Shown here: one piece after another, positions 37,379-51,492 of the stretch | Layout of the letters: the number at the start of each line of letters is the position of its first letter | How positions within the stretch are numbered: the stretch's first letter is position 1 | Source: Tubiluchus corallicola | Taxonomy: Eukaryota > Animalia > Priapulida | Direction of reading: 5' to 3' | NCBI GenBank assembly: GCA_030141605.1 | Contig: JAQGDQ010000069.1 | Span: forward strand, 315,126 to 379,125 | Length of the DNA stretch: 64,000 nucleotides | Notes under the pieces: model-generated | Told to the model about the DNA's origin: nothing | What the model saw: only the letters and a program-made list of their open reading frames with translations | The model's database searches: none | Position numbers and translations under genes: made by a program

Positions 37379-40300
37379 ATGGCAGTGAGTGCTGTCGAGC
37401 CAAATCCTTATCTGCTGGAAATTGACACAAGTAAGCGGAAGGTGAGTTTCCGGTTTCAAAGTTTAATTCCGTTTCGATGTTATCTTCTAATTCAAGTTAA
37501 CTGCATTATAGGTTACGGGTCTTTTGTTTTTTTACTTATCTGTAGGTTTGTTCGATGCCGACTGCTCTTGCTTAAGTCTAATTTTTGAGTCACTTGACAA
37601 GTAGTGCTTTGTCGTTAATGCTATTCATTAATTATTTAAAATCGCACTTAGCTGTTATCTCTTGCATTGCTTGGTAGTTAAGTTTTCGTTTGCAGTCCTT
37701 TATTAATTATACTTCTTGACTTACTTAGATGAGAAAGCAAATAGAGTTTTGCAGCCGTAATTTGGAACATTTTTTGGTTTCAACAGCTCGTTAACGTACG
37801 TCCTAGTCATTCGTAATTTATCTGTATTCCTCTCGCTTATATCTTGCGATAATAAGCCCTGTTTGTTGACGCACAGTGTTTAAAATTCAAAAGATGTTCA
37901 ATAGTGTACGCCTGCTACATGACATAAAGAATATTGTAAGTGGATATTGTTCTGATGATCGAAACCAAGCTTTTGAAGAATAAATTTCCGATAATCATGA
38001 AATTGGCTGAAGTTTTTTAAACTGTGGCGACTTTAGGGATAAAGAGAGTCGTGCTAGTCATCTGAGAACCGTTCAAGCATAGCTTAAGTGAATAATTTGA
38101 AATACAAAAAATGCAAAAATGAAATTTTCTAACATGGAAACATTGCGGACATAAGCATTAAATACTCACAAACACAAAAGGTCGCATCCCAACCTTAGGT
38201 GACTTCAGTTAAACTTTAGCATGCATGTAGACCTAATAACGCTGGTTCTGCTTGTTGCAAAAAAACACCGAGCCTGACTGGGCTGCACATTAGTGTGGCA
38301 CTGCACTTGGGTGGCCTGACTGCTGATAAACAAACAACTATGATGCAATATAAAATAATACTGCTGGCTAAGTATGTTTTCGACATCATAGTAAATAGGC
38401 GTTAAACTAGTGTGACTTATTGCTTTTTAATAAAATCACATTTTTATTAATAGCAAGAGAGAGTGATTTAAAGGAAGACAGGATGATTTTTCATACATAC
38501 TGTCCCATTTTGAAGTACTGTAAAAAGAATACATTTTAACACCAATAATACTGGAAAGGTGCATCTGTTAGTTAAATTATAGATTAAATCTTAATTAACA
38601 GCGAGAGAGCCCAATTATTGATGACATCACAAACGAACACAATTTTCAACAGCAAAAATATTCCATGAACGTGTTGCTCGTGTTTGTGAAAGAAGAAGTT
38701 GAAGTACAGTGCCACGGTAAGATATTCAGTGTGTTGTAATGCAAATTTTAAGATAAAAATTCAAATTTCATATTTACCGCTGTGCTCACGCATGAGCTGT
38801 CGAACGTGTGCAGTACATCAGAAACGAACACATCTGAACTGAGATGTACAGCACTTGTTTTTTTTGTTTGTAACACGTTTTTGAAATACAGGTGCTACTG
38901 CCCATCTAACTAGAGACTGGCGAAATGCATGTAGCAATGAAGAACTAGCCATGGGAGCATGAAATTGCGTTTATGTGGTAATAATTCTTTCACATAAAGC
39001 ATTCTGGAAAAAATACTATGTTTCCTTTCAATATTTTAAAGAGTAGATTATTTTGACTTACAGTTTAAAATTGGTTCCAGTTTTGCTTTAAGCAGCTAAC
39101 TACAAGTGATAATAACCTGTTAAGAGGATTACGTGATAAATAAACTTGAGTCAGTGTGCATATGGTAAAGAAAATTATAGTCCAGTCTGTTAATTGAAAA
39201 AAGGAGGCTGGTTAGATGCAGCTGACAAGTTTTCAGGAATGATTCTTTAGGCCTTTCTAACAGTGTTTGTTGACCTGTTAGTGTACTGGACACAATGGGC
39301 AAAAATGCAAAATTTTATAAAAAATGTCCAAAATGCTGTTAGAATAGCCAAAAGGATCATTCCTAAAAGTTTGATAGCTATATCCAATCAGTTCCCATTT
39401 CATCAAAATTTGGTCCTAACAGTCCGGATTATTACGTTTTTATCGTAAGATTCTAAACATCTTGAGAATTATAATGTTCAGTTAGTCTTCTATTTTTAAT
39501 TAGTCTTAATCTTGAAATTGTGTAAAAATAAAATGTTTTATTTTCACCAATTTTTACTTGTTATGCTATTTTTGTTGCTGGTATGAATTAATTGGTCCTA
39601 CTTATCAAAGCTTGATAAACTGATTGCAACAAATTGCATTGCACAATGATGAGGACGGACTTGAAGGTTTCATAAGTAAAAAGCATGCCATTCTTCTCCT
39701 TATCCATGCATAGTGCAAACATTTAATAAAAAACTAACTGAATGTTCTTTAAATTAAATTAAATTTTTTAGTTAATTGCACTACATGTATCCCTTGTGGT
39801 TCTCGCTGTGTTTTATCATTATCTCATACAGTTATATTTCTAAAATGTGTATTTACAGTAAAATGATGGAACCCTAAACTTCCCACTTGTTTCTCCATGT
39901 TCTGTTCCCAGACAATTTTTTCTTAGTGATACTGCACTGTGTGCAAAAGCAAACGGACACATTTATTTTCAGGAGAGTGGTGGTTTCGATTATCGGAAGA
40001 ATACTAGTTAACAAATTCAATGATCGGAACTTGTGCACAGCAAACTAAGCAATGTCTGCGGTTCCGATGCTAAAATACTCAAAAAAACAAAAGAAATTGT
40101 ATTTATTTACTGTAAAAAACATAAATTGCCTTTAATGGGCTGAAATGTAAATATTTTGCAATGTTTACAATTGGCAATAATGTGTATTCGCTTGCCAGTT
40201 TGCACACGTACAACTTGTTAAAATGGCTTGTGATTCCACTCACTCCAGGCAGCAATTCATTATGCAGTTAAGTTGACAAAATTTTAGGCCTATGGATTGA

Positions 40301-43300
40301 TTGCATAAATTCAGATTAGTTCTTATTCTCACGTGATAGGTTATGCATCCTGTTCCTAAGCAATTTGGTAGAAAAGTAATCAATCTCGTCTAGCTGTCAA
40401 AAGTCAAGCTGTTTGTTTTCTAAAATTGTGTGAACTTTTGATGATTAGTTTCGTTGTATGTTACATTTTGCTGAATTCGTTATACAATTTACAAGGGGGT
40501 CTAGTACCAGTTTAAGGGTTCTCATTAGCAGGACCGCTCAATGATGGTGATTGTGGCAGGACCATTGTTACGATGAGCCACTTACCTGGAAGAATGGTCG
40601 TGTGATGCATTCGGTCTAGCAGATTTTTTGTCGCGAGTTTTCTGTCTGACAGGAAACTCACAAGTGTGAACTGCTTTGCAAGTTATTATCGGTAAGCCAT
40701 TAAAAACTCTCCAACAGTTGCTGCAAGTTGATTTCCTGTGAGCTATTGTCTAGTGTGAACGTCTGGGCAAGTGACTCTCGGCACTTCTTGCTGTGAATCT
40801 TGAAGACAATGCCAGCTCACAGTTACTGTCAGAGAGTAACTCGCAGCAAGTTTTGATCTCTAGTCTGATCGCACCATTAATTACAATCAGATGTATATGC
40901 TTTGTTCCTCAAGAAAAGAAGCAGGCAGGAACAATGGGACTGATGATGCGAAATTCTGGAAAAATGATTTAATTAAGTTGAATGACCAGGACATGCTTAG
41001 CAGCTTTATTGTCTTAGTTTTGGTTTTTCATCATCAATTTAGTAATGTACCATTGGATACTGGTAGCCTATAAGAAAAAATACAATTTATAACAATAATG
41101 CCTAGAGTTGTGGTGTGGCTAGTCTACTAAAATTATAAGCTATTAATGCGAAACTGCCGTGAATGCTCAATAAAGTAGTATAAAAGTTAATACACTTACA
41201 AATATTTAGTTTAAACGAATAAGAGCTATTTGGTAAATAGTGAATTTGCTCAGTTTGCTAAGCACTGATATTTGTGTTTATGCTTACGTTTAGTAATTAC
41301 TTTGTATTATTTGCTAACCCTACGTTGTCTATTTGACTAGTTAACAAATTGGATCTCAACAGGATAGCCATTCAGTCCTGCCATTTTTAATAACTAAAAC
41401 TTTTGTAAATGTGCACCTTTCATTTAATATTTTTCTACATTTCTTTGCCCATGTGCAGCAGAATAAAATTCATAAAAAATCATTGATTATTGTAAGATTA
41501 TTGTAAGAAACAGATGTCCTATGCACATTTTGTTTACTTGTTGCTTGTACAAGCAATCGATCATTTACCATTTGGTAAAGTGAAATTTACAGACATTTTT
41601 GAAGAATTTGTTACTGTAGAAAAATTTCTGAATATTTTTCAGACGCGACATATAAAAATTGGTAAAACAATTTTTGTCCTGCAGAGCTTAAGCTCAGTTA
41701 TACATTCGTTTGGCTGTATGTTAGTGTATAAATAGCAGTTTGTTGCTATACATTCTGCCATATAAGCAAGCCTTAGTATGGCACGTAACAGGAAGTATCT
41801 AGCTGGTGCAGGAAGTATGTCTGTAACGGAAAGCATGAAAAATGGGAGTGGTATGTGCTGAAAGATAGTTGTGCAAAAAAGTTAGCTTCAAAGAGGCTCT
41901 TGTTCAGTGCCTTGTGGTTTCTAGTTGCTTTGTTGTGCTCGTTTGCTACAAACCATAATATATATTCAGCAAAAATTCTGCTTGCAACTCAGACCTTGTT
42001 GACAAACTGTGTCAGCCATTGTGGTTGTTTAGTGTTTTTGTGTTGAAGCTCATTTTTGCACGAAAAACAGTTTCTGTATATTGAATTGTAATCATGCCGG
42101 AATTGCGCAATTACACAACAGAACGATTGTACATTCAAAAGAAGCCGGTAAACATCCCATTTTTACCCATCTGTAATGGACCGGGCTGTCAGACGACTGC
42201 AAAGTACACAATCTATCGCAGTTCGATGATTGTAAAGCCAGAAGAATATGCCAAGATGGTAGCAGAAGTGAGAGCAAAAGGGCGTGGTCCAGCACGGAAA
42301 CTAAGTACAACGAGTGAGGAATCTGTCTCAACGAGCGCGTCTGAGACCAGCGAAGGTAAGAAAGAAGAAGGCCAAGAGGTTGCCGAACCTGAAGCTGCAA
42401 AAGAAGGTGCTGAACTAGTAGAGGGTGATGCTTCTGCCACTGTTGAAAAAAAGAAAAAGAGAAGGCGTAGAAGAAAGAAGCCAAAAAAGTACAAGGTAGA
42501 GGAGACGATATTTTTGTCATTTGATACTAATGCTTGGTTGGAGGCGCCTGACCGTGATCCCCTCCCGAGGGTGCGGTTATGTGATTTAAAAGAACGCGAA
42601 GAGGAAGAAAAGAAGAAGAAAAAGAAGAAGAAACATCGCTCATCAAAAACTAGATCAAGAGGTGAAGAAGTTGATGAAGGCGTTATCATGAAAATTAAGA
42701 GGGAACGGAAACTTCCAAGATCTGAAAGGACCTTTGAAGAAAAAATTGAAGAGCAATGGGCTACAGGTGCCTCAAGGAGTCCAGATAGAGTAACCTCCCC
42801 TTCTTCTAATGATGAAGACAGGAAGAAGGAAAAGGACTATGGTCCTGAGGTTGATGAACCGGCCATTGTGAAGGCAAGAATAAAAAAGAGAGAAGCTACT
42901 CCTCGCCAGGCTGACAGTGGTCACAGCTCTACAATTCGTAACGAGTTGGATGAGCTGGTTAGAGATCTGGAAAATGAATTAGAGCTGTTGCCAGATCAGG
43001 TAGACCTTGATGCTGACGGGAAAAAGAAGGGCAAAGCTAGTTTTGTAAGTGTTTATATGCCCCAACCTCAGCAAACATTAGGTCGAATTCTGAAATTACT
43101 GTGTACCCAAAATCTCGTTTTTGTTTCATTTGCAAAATAAATATTAATCTTTGTTTTTTATACTGAGCACGTAGAAAGCAAGGGAACAATTTTTTCTGTA
43201 TCCATAGCTAAAATTAATCCCATTCCAGTTTTTTTATACTGTCGGAGCACTTTTGTGTAGACAGCCGGATCGCTTGTATGAGGCAACTGACGGTAACCAA

Positions 43301-43634
43301 ATATTGTTAGATCACATTAGTTATTGCTTGATTATTGTTTTAGGATGCATTAGGACATGAGGAGGGAGCGGGAGCACCATGTATGAAATGTGGAAAAGGA
43401 TGTGCTGGATTAGATCTGCATTACTGGAGGTACAGCATACTAATACTTGAACTGTGTGAAAATAATTTTCCTGGAGGAATGACTGCTTTTATTTGACAGC
43501 AGCGTAAATAGCTTTGATTTTTTTCACCCCACAGTGTAAAACACTTACAAATTTAATTTTTTTCTATGAAGTTTCAGGAATTATTGATTCAGTTGATTAA
43601 ATTTTTACTTAGTTAGTTGATGGACTTATTAGTC

Positions 43635-43716
<82 letters not shown>

Positions 43717-45239
43717 CTGGTTGACTAGCTGAATGGGCAAACTTTAGTTAACTTACTCATTGACATTACTGTGTTAAATCACAAAGTGCCCCATCTAGAT
43801 TGCTGCCTTGAATGTTTTCTCTCTTTAGTAACGAAACATTATTCCTTTTTTTGTGTTCCACCATGCACTATTGAGTTGTTGCTGTAAATTGCATGCAACA
43901 GGATTTATTGACTCTGTTCACAAATAGAGGAATCAAAAAATTCACTGTATCAGTTCTTGACTACAAGAAGCTACATCTAACTTTCTCTATTCCCCAATTT
44001 GGAACATATTTCGCAACATTTTGAATAGAGATTTTGAAAGCAGGATTTCAAATTTTGGTTGGAACATAAAAGTTTTTGTACTGTAGTTCTTGTACATTGC
44101 ATTGTATGACATTGTTTAACGGCTTGTGACAGAGTAGTTCTTTTCACGTAAAAACACAGTGGGGCTTAGATTGTAGCTTATTGTAGATTACGGATTGTTT
44201 CGCAATTCTGAGTTCATAAAAGTCGAAACCCAAGTGCGAGAATTGTTGTATCCGTTTCCATAGTGTGTACACAAGGATAATCCCGTGTGAAATCGGATCA
44301 CTTACTGCTTTACAAACATGACATATTCGCTTTGTTAACCAGTTGGGAGCTTAAAAGACAGATACACTTTCATCAAAAGCAGTAAAGTAGCTCAGTTTGA
44401 AATCTCCTGAGGAATTTGTGTTTTTGCACCTTGAACAATATCTTCTGGTAGACATTACCTTCAGTGTTAATTAACACTTCAGACAGTATAAGCCAATATG
44501 TCTTAAAAAGCCGTAGTAATTCTACTTGAAGTTACTATTTGCATAAATAATTGCAGTTTTCATGAAGAAATTGGAGGGATATGTGATGACCCATTGTTGT
44601 TCCTGTACATAATTCATAACTTCTGTTCTATAAAGTTTAGTAGCTCTTTTACCTATTTTTAGTGAAAAAAACTTATCCTAGCATGCCAGTTTCACATTTT
44701 GTAGTTTGAAACTTGTAGATACTCATATGAAGTTATCAGTTTTCTATTCATTGTTAGGAAGCAATTTTTCCTTGTGTGACTTGAAAGAGCAGGTAAAATT
44801 TTACAAGCTTAGCCTTTCATACTGTGTGAGAACCAGTTGTCTGAGCTAGCATTGTAACTAACATTTTGGCCTAATTAATATTCTTCTCGCTTGCCTTGGT
44901 ATTACCTGAAGAAGTGTCCCAGTTTTTGCACACAATAGCACACCTGTAATTATCTAAACTTTACCAGTTCAAGCAAATTGCTACAGTAAATTATTATACC
45001 GAGAACTCGTTTGTGTTGCGTGCATTTATACAAACTTGTTTGGCGCTAATTGGCATCGTCTGAAATTTAATTATTTTCAAACCTTCATTTTAATATTTTC
45101 TTGCATATTAATACTTACTTCCTCCATTTGTTTGCAAGTAAAACCTGTAGCACTATTTTGCATGATATAAGTATCTAAATTGTGTCGCACTTCCCTCTAT
45201 TTCTTTCTCTCTGTCTCTCCCTCTCTGTCTGTCTGTCTG

Positions 45240-45285
<46 letters not shown>

Positions 45286-45292
45286 TCCCTCT

Positions 45293-45333
<41 letters not shown>

Positions 45334-48300
45334 CCTCTCTCTCTTTCTCACTCTTTTTCTCTGTTCATTTCCTAGCTCACATCCTAACACCACTATAGCA
45401 TAGTTTATGGAGGTCGTCAATGAATAATAGCTGCCATTTCATTATAAGCGCCGCTGTTAACATGGCCGTTTAATGAGCTACCAATATTGATTGCTCTGAT
45501 AATTAATTAATTGCAGTGGTTGCAATTCAGCAGCACAAGTGATTTTGCTCGTTTACTGTACTCTAATGTATCAGTAGTAATTAATTTGCTGGCTTCCCAG
45601 GCTCATTGTTATTCTGTAATGGTAGTGTTGTGGTGTGAGTAATACCCAGCTAAGCCAAAGAAAAAATCAATAAATTAAGCTTGGTCATTCTGTGTCACCT
45701 CTGTATGTGATGATCTACGAATGAATTATACGTGGACGAATTATCTAAGGGAAAAATATAGGATTAAATGCATGAATAAATGATAGAAGAAATGAATACG
45801 GGAAAGAATGATTAAGATATGCTAAATACATGGCAATTGATCGCCGATATGGATTAGCAGGACACGTTCTCCATAAACCATAAATTTCTATGTCTTGTGG
45901 TTTGGAAATCGATCCTATAACTTATATTTCATTAGGAAGGATAGTAACAAGATTCATTCAGTATTTTACCCAGTTTTTGCGTTATTCGTTCATTTACCCA
46001 CTCAGTCATTCCGTCACTCTGTCAGTCACTGCTTTTGTTAGTTGGTTGCACACGTAAATTCATTTTAATCAGGAAAATCTGCAAAAACTGCAAATGTCCA
46101 CGAGAAGATCACGACGTCAAACAGACAGTCGACCCGGGCGTGAAGCGGATAGGAAAACTGTTCGACCGCATGCCGTACGACCCACATGGACAGAGAGCGC
46201 CTCTTGGAAGGGTCACTATTGAAGATGAAGATGAGGTCACTGGGAAAAAGTCAAGAATCACTTTTGACTGGATACCACCCGGATCAACAGCAGACTTGGT
46301 AATTTATGATCTCTGTGTTTCTATTAAGAATAGCATTGTTTTTTGTTTTTGGCAGATTTATTTCAATATAATAAATTTTGCTTTGTGGAGATTCTATGTG
46401 ATTTTATTCATAAGGAAATGGAAAAAACCTGGCATTAATATTCTTGAGTAATTTATGGTGCCACCAAGTGTTCACATTGGCATGATTGCTAACTAGTTAC
46501 ATTAATCCTAATACAATAAAGCAGGGGGGTGTGCAAATTGCGGCCCGCGGGCCACTTGCGGCCCGCCGAGAGAATTTGTGTGGCCCGGGCGATTAATTGA
46601 GTGTATCCAGCTGAAGTCCGTACCACGATCCCAAAGATAGTGTGGGTAGTTTTTTCTACTAGATCAGATGCCATTAACCCTTACAAGACGGTTGTAGCTT
46701 AATAACACTACTACACAGACTGCGTGATACACATTACTAATATGCATTGTAATGAAATTACCACTATCTGTCCTGAAAGTAGAAATATATGGTTTGTAAT
46801 ATAAATTTTAATAACTTCTGAAATAGTTTCTTGAGTTTAGTAGTAATGATGTACGCAGGTCGGGTGCAAAAAAAATCGTTATTAGGCCTTTCTGTATTTG
46901 GCTCCTTGATCAAACTGCCTGTGGTCCGCAGGAATTGCGGGAAAGTTTAATGTGGCCCGGCTAGTCAGATAATTTGCACACCCCTGTAATAAAGGAATAA
47001 AAAATCTTAGCTATGCATTTCAATGAATGTGAGACCTTCTGCACAAGCAATAATAGCAGTTAGGACCTTAGAGTAAATGGCTTCACTTGTTTTCTCAAAT
47101 CTTGGAGTGTTGCACATAGCATATGTAAGTCATATAGGGATAGTCATGCTAACGGATTTGTTACCATGTTAACTAATGAATATTACTCTTTGAGAGCAAG
47201 TTTTGAAACAAAATATTTTCCTAGTGACTGCTGTTGCGTATATTATTTTGTAAATTTTTATCTTACGTTGTCCTCTTTCTAGCATAAGCTATCATTATCT
47301 ATGTGTCTCAGTAAATAACACACAGGTTTAAGAACACTGCTGTTATAAGTTGTTTAGCACCCAAATGTTAAGAGTTGAGGAGAACCTGCCACAATCCACC
47401 TGGGTTTTCTCGTTATGATTCGTCTCTTTGTTGTTTTTTCATTGTTGAGTTTGAATTTTTCTTGTATCCAAGAATCGACTTTCTCTTAAATTGACATTTC
47501 ATTTATTTGCAGGCAAAACGATACATGGACATGTTACCTCCTGAAAATCAACCAGTCGCGGGCACCCTCGGTGCCAAAAACCGAAAAAAGCAGATCGAGA
47601 AACAGCTGCCGAACCACGACATGGACCATGAGGCATGTCATGCCTTGTCCGACCAGGAGAAACAGAACATGGCAGATTTCGTAGACATGTACAAGAAACA
47701 TGCGGTCGGGATTGGACAGATACAGGAGCGCGATGAAGACGATGAACAGAAATGGGTAATTTTTTAAATTTTGTAATCGTTTTTTTATTTGAGATGTAAA
47801 ATCAACAACAGCTTCATGTACAAGCTGGATCTTGTTGCAAAATAGTTTTAAATAGTGGAATGAAACTTTAAATATTTGACGGAATCATTGCTTATTTTTT
47901 AACGTGTGAGATTTCCTTGTTTTAAGGCCTGCAATCGTTGTCATGATGAAATGTTTCCTGGAGATGTGGCCGTGTTTGCTGACCGTGCGGGGAAAGATTG
48001 TTGTTGGCATCCAAAATGCTTTGTGTGCAGGTAAGCATAGAATTGCCATACCTTTGCACTCTATTCTTATATTCAAATAACAACTGTGTACTGAAGATTT
48101 CAAATTTGTTATTAGGCTATATTTATTTTGTTTTACCTAGCCTGTTAACTTGCTTAAAGGGTTGACATACGGATGGGTTGTCTGCACACTGTTGCAATGA
48201 GAAACAACTTTTTGTGTAGACCCTTCACTGATAATAATTGTACAGGAGTGGATAAGGTTTAAGAAATTTCTTGGGCAGAATCTGCCAAAATTTTCTTCAT

Positions 48301-51300
48301 CTTTTTAAGTGCACAAGATTGCATTACTACTTTTAAACAAATTTTATGCAACATCTTGATGTTTGACATTTTTCAAGCTGTCAGATACTTGTAAACTAGT
48401 TTTTCTGAGTTTCTAAAATGGACTAGATTATATGATATACAAAGCAGAAAGCTTTGATTCATCGTTACAAATATTTGGGACAATTAATTTGTTATATTAC
48501 AGCTCATATCATTGTCAGTGTTATTATAATATTAACAGTGTTATTGTAATTATAACTAAGGGTTATTAATGCAAATTGTTAATAATCAGTCATCATTTTT
48601 GAATTGCTTTAATTAAAATTTGTTACACTTGTTTTCTTTAGTACGTGTAATGAACTCCTAGTTGACTTAATATACTTCTATAAAGATGGTCAGGTTTACT
48701 GCGGTCGTCATTATGCAGACAAGATCAAACCTAGATGTGCGGCATGTGATGAGGTTAGTCTTAGTAGCTATTTTGTCTATTCTCGGTTTAGAAACTAACT
48801 TTAATTTTGCATGGTTTTTCATATTGTTTATATTTTATTTTTTGAGCGATGCGAATCTTTCAGCGTAGTAGTAAAGATTTGATTGTAATGAGCTTTCAGT
48901 GCATACAGGGTGAGGTGGGTGTATCTGACTTGTGTATATATGTGTGTCTATGTTGCAAAGGTTTGTGAGTCAACTTCCACTGTTGAATGTATGAATTCTA
49001 AGGTAGTGATATATCACTGTCACATAGATGGCTCTGATTGACAATGTACTACTGAGATGTGATCTCAGACCTACTCTGCTTTGTTCAGCCAATAGTAAAG
49101 TGTGCAAACTGTGCTGAAAAGTTAGATCCTGGGTTCAAAATTTGCTTGGCTAAGTTGACTCACAGTTTTTCTGTGGCTTCTTTTTTCAATTAAAGGACAA
49201 AGCAACATTCATTGTATTTTAGTATACACTGCACAGGGAATGTTGAAATTACTGCATAGTATGTGCACATAAAATGCTTTGTTTAAAAATGCAAAAGAAA
49301 TTTCAATCAATCTCTTGCCAAATGAACCTTGCTGCAGGTATATTTGAAAAACAGGTTCTGCAGTGCATTCAGAAGTTCCACTATTCTAGCTAATTAAATC
49401 TTCTTGTTTAATTATGTTTACGTAAAAACTAGTCATTGGATCCATTACCAATCACTTTAAAGTGCTTACATACCTTTATACCACAGGATTGTACCCCAGA
49501 ATACATAAGTGATACACATAATATAATTACAGATATGTGTGAAGTTCTGCAAGGCTGCGAGCTTGCAGTAGGTTCCAGGCAGATTACTTAGCTTATAGAC
49601 TTCAGTTTTACCTTGTTAAAATAATTATTCTGTTTCTTAGTTGGCATTAAGTAACAGAGTTGTAAATTAGTATGTAATCGTCGATAACTGGTTTTCATTA
49701 CGTAGTGGATAACAGAATTCATCAAAAAGCAAAAACCTTATAATAATAATGTCTCTTTTAATTTTTTGGATTGCTTGTAGCTGATAGTGGCAACTGTAGA
49801 TGCAAAATAAATTGCTCACTCACCTAGCGGGGTATTTGTTTGTATTGGATGATAACCAGGTGATACCACTCTTTGTCCAAGCATGAAATGATCGGGACTT
49901 TAAGTTGATTTTACTAACTACACGAGGTGTTGATCACAATGTTACTACTGAAGCTTTCTAACATTTTTCTCAGATATATAAATAAATTCAGCTTCCCGAG
50001 AGACTCGTCTTTTTCTTTAACTGGCCGTTAAGTTAATTGTTGTAAGACTGGTGTTTCCCTTAATATGTGTGCAAAGGTGCACATGTACATGTGTACATTT
50101 TCCTTTATAAACAAGACATGCCATAAATTGTTCATGCATCAGGTAGATCTGTTTATATTGACAGATTTTGCACAAAATGCCTTTTCACTACTTTTTGGCT
50201 TTTTATGGATATCAGTTTAGATTTAATCATTTCACAATTATTCGGTGTATTTTATATTTTTAACATTTCTTGATTTTATAAATGCTAACTTGTGTGTGTT
50301 TGCGAACTTTAATTATCATTTTTTTACTGAAAAAGCGCACTTTTCTGCTGAAAGCACATTCCATTGTATATGTACATGAAAGCACATGAACACGTACATG
50401 GTAAAGAGAACAATAATCAATATCTTGTTCAAACTTTACTTGAGCTTACCACCTAATGTGTAAAGTTTGATAAACGTGGTGCTTTTTTGCATCTGCACGA
50501 CGTCTTTACTAATTCTAAGACTGGTTCATATTAAGTTATGCAGTCATTTTTGATAACTTTACTGAAGTCTAGAAACTACAAGCACACATTTAGTACACTC
50601 AGTGTACGATGCACTTAAATAAGCTTTTGCTTTTATAGTTAATTTTTGCTCGAGAGTATACTCAGGCTGAAGAACAGAACTGGCACATCAAGCATTTCTG
50701 TTGCTGGGCTTGTGATACACCTCTAGGAGGTCAGCATTATGTGGCTAAAGAGAGCAAACCTTACTGTCTCAAATGTTACGAGGACATACTAGCAAAGGTA
50801 AGCTAAGACTTACATAATTGTTGGTGTTTAGTCAAGGTTGCTTTGGAATGGTGAAACAGACTCTAGATTTGTATACATGTTTTAGACTATGCATTTGTTT
50901 AATACGGTATGTACTCTTATGGGTATTGAGCTTGTTATTGATTGTGGGAACTAATAATTTAAATTTATTGTCTCTTCTTTGTTCATCATTGTACCTTTCA
51001 AATAGCTATGTATATGATTCCTTATACTACTGTCATTTTTCAGCATAATGCAGTCTAATTTCTGGTTTTAATGCTATTAAGCGACTGTGTGCCTTTTCGT
51101 GGAGTTCTTTTGGAATCTTCCTTTACTAAGAATTGAAAGAAGGGATATAGTTTTGTTTTGTGCGCTAATTTTTCAATACCTGAAGAATAACTCGTTAAGA
51201 ACAACATTTTGTTTCTCCAAACGTGTCTTATTCAGTTTTCTTACCTGACAGTAAGTAACAAAATGATTTAAATTGAATGTTTCAGAGCTGTCTTACGTGT

Positions 51301-51492
51301 AATAAGAAGATTCCGGCTAATGTGCAACGACTCAGTCACAAGGATTTACACTGGCATGCAACGCCAGAGTGTTTCGCTTGCTCGTGCTGTCAGCAGAGTC
51401 TCCTCGACAAGCAGTTCATGGTGAAACAAGGCCTCATCTTTTGCAGCGTCAAGTGCAAACGAGAAATGATGAAACACGTCACCTCCGTGTAG
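37379..51492 (+). CDS. TES: Testin-like PET and triple-LIM domain protein, predicted 399 aa; exons 37379-37441, 43344-43429, 46073-46298, 47513-47755, 47927-48030, 48642-48753, 50639-50797, 51286-51492
   Basis: Phase-consistent GT-AG exons (1200 nt). Cys-rich N-terminus [35 protein letters not shown] resembles Testin GHEQGFGAPCLKC...LHFWRKICRNCKC. PET domain (FDWIPPG...YMDMLP...PVAGT...QLPNHD) and three LIM domains ([48 protein letters not shown]). No Prickle-type C-terminal extension or CAAX. Confidence 0.92.
42094..43044 (+). CDS. Probable alternative 5' coding exon of the Testin-like gene (317 aa, K/E/R-rich)
   Basis: ATG-initiated, purine-rich open frame inside Testin intron 1. It ends at a phase-0 TTT|GTAAGT donor (43045) that joins in frame to the phase-0 acceptor at 43344. 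Confidence 0.65.
43636..43716. repeat. (GATT)n microsatellite
   Basis: Seen directly in the sequence. Confidence 0.95.
45192..45362. repeat. (CT)n-rich microsatellite
   Basis: Seen directly in the sequence. Confidence 0.95.
46522..46986. mobile_element. Non-autonomous hAT (Charlie-like) element
   Basis: TIRs CAGGGG(GG)TGTGCAAATT ... AATTTGCACACCCCTG, subterminal GCGGCCCGC repeats, and an 8-bp target-site duplication CAATAAAG / TAATAAAG (one mismatch). Confidence 0.85.
49820..50060 (+). repeat. Dispersed repeat, copy B (copy A at about 10513-10770)
   Basis: Same collinear blocks as copy A, in the same orientation. Confidence 0.65.

Noticed and set aside
42092-42689. Minus-strand ORFs of 142 and 158 aa
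   Set aside because: Shadows of the purine-rich 42094 exon.
45175-45420. ORFs over the (CT)n tract, and those over (CA)n at 16298-16649
   Set aside because: Microsatellite translation artefacts.
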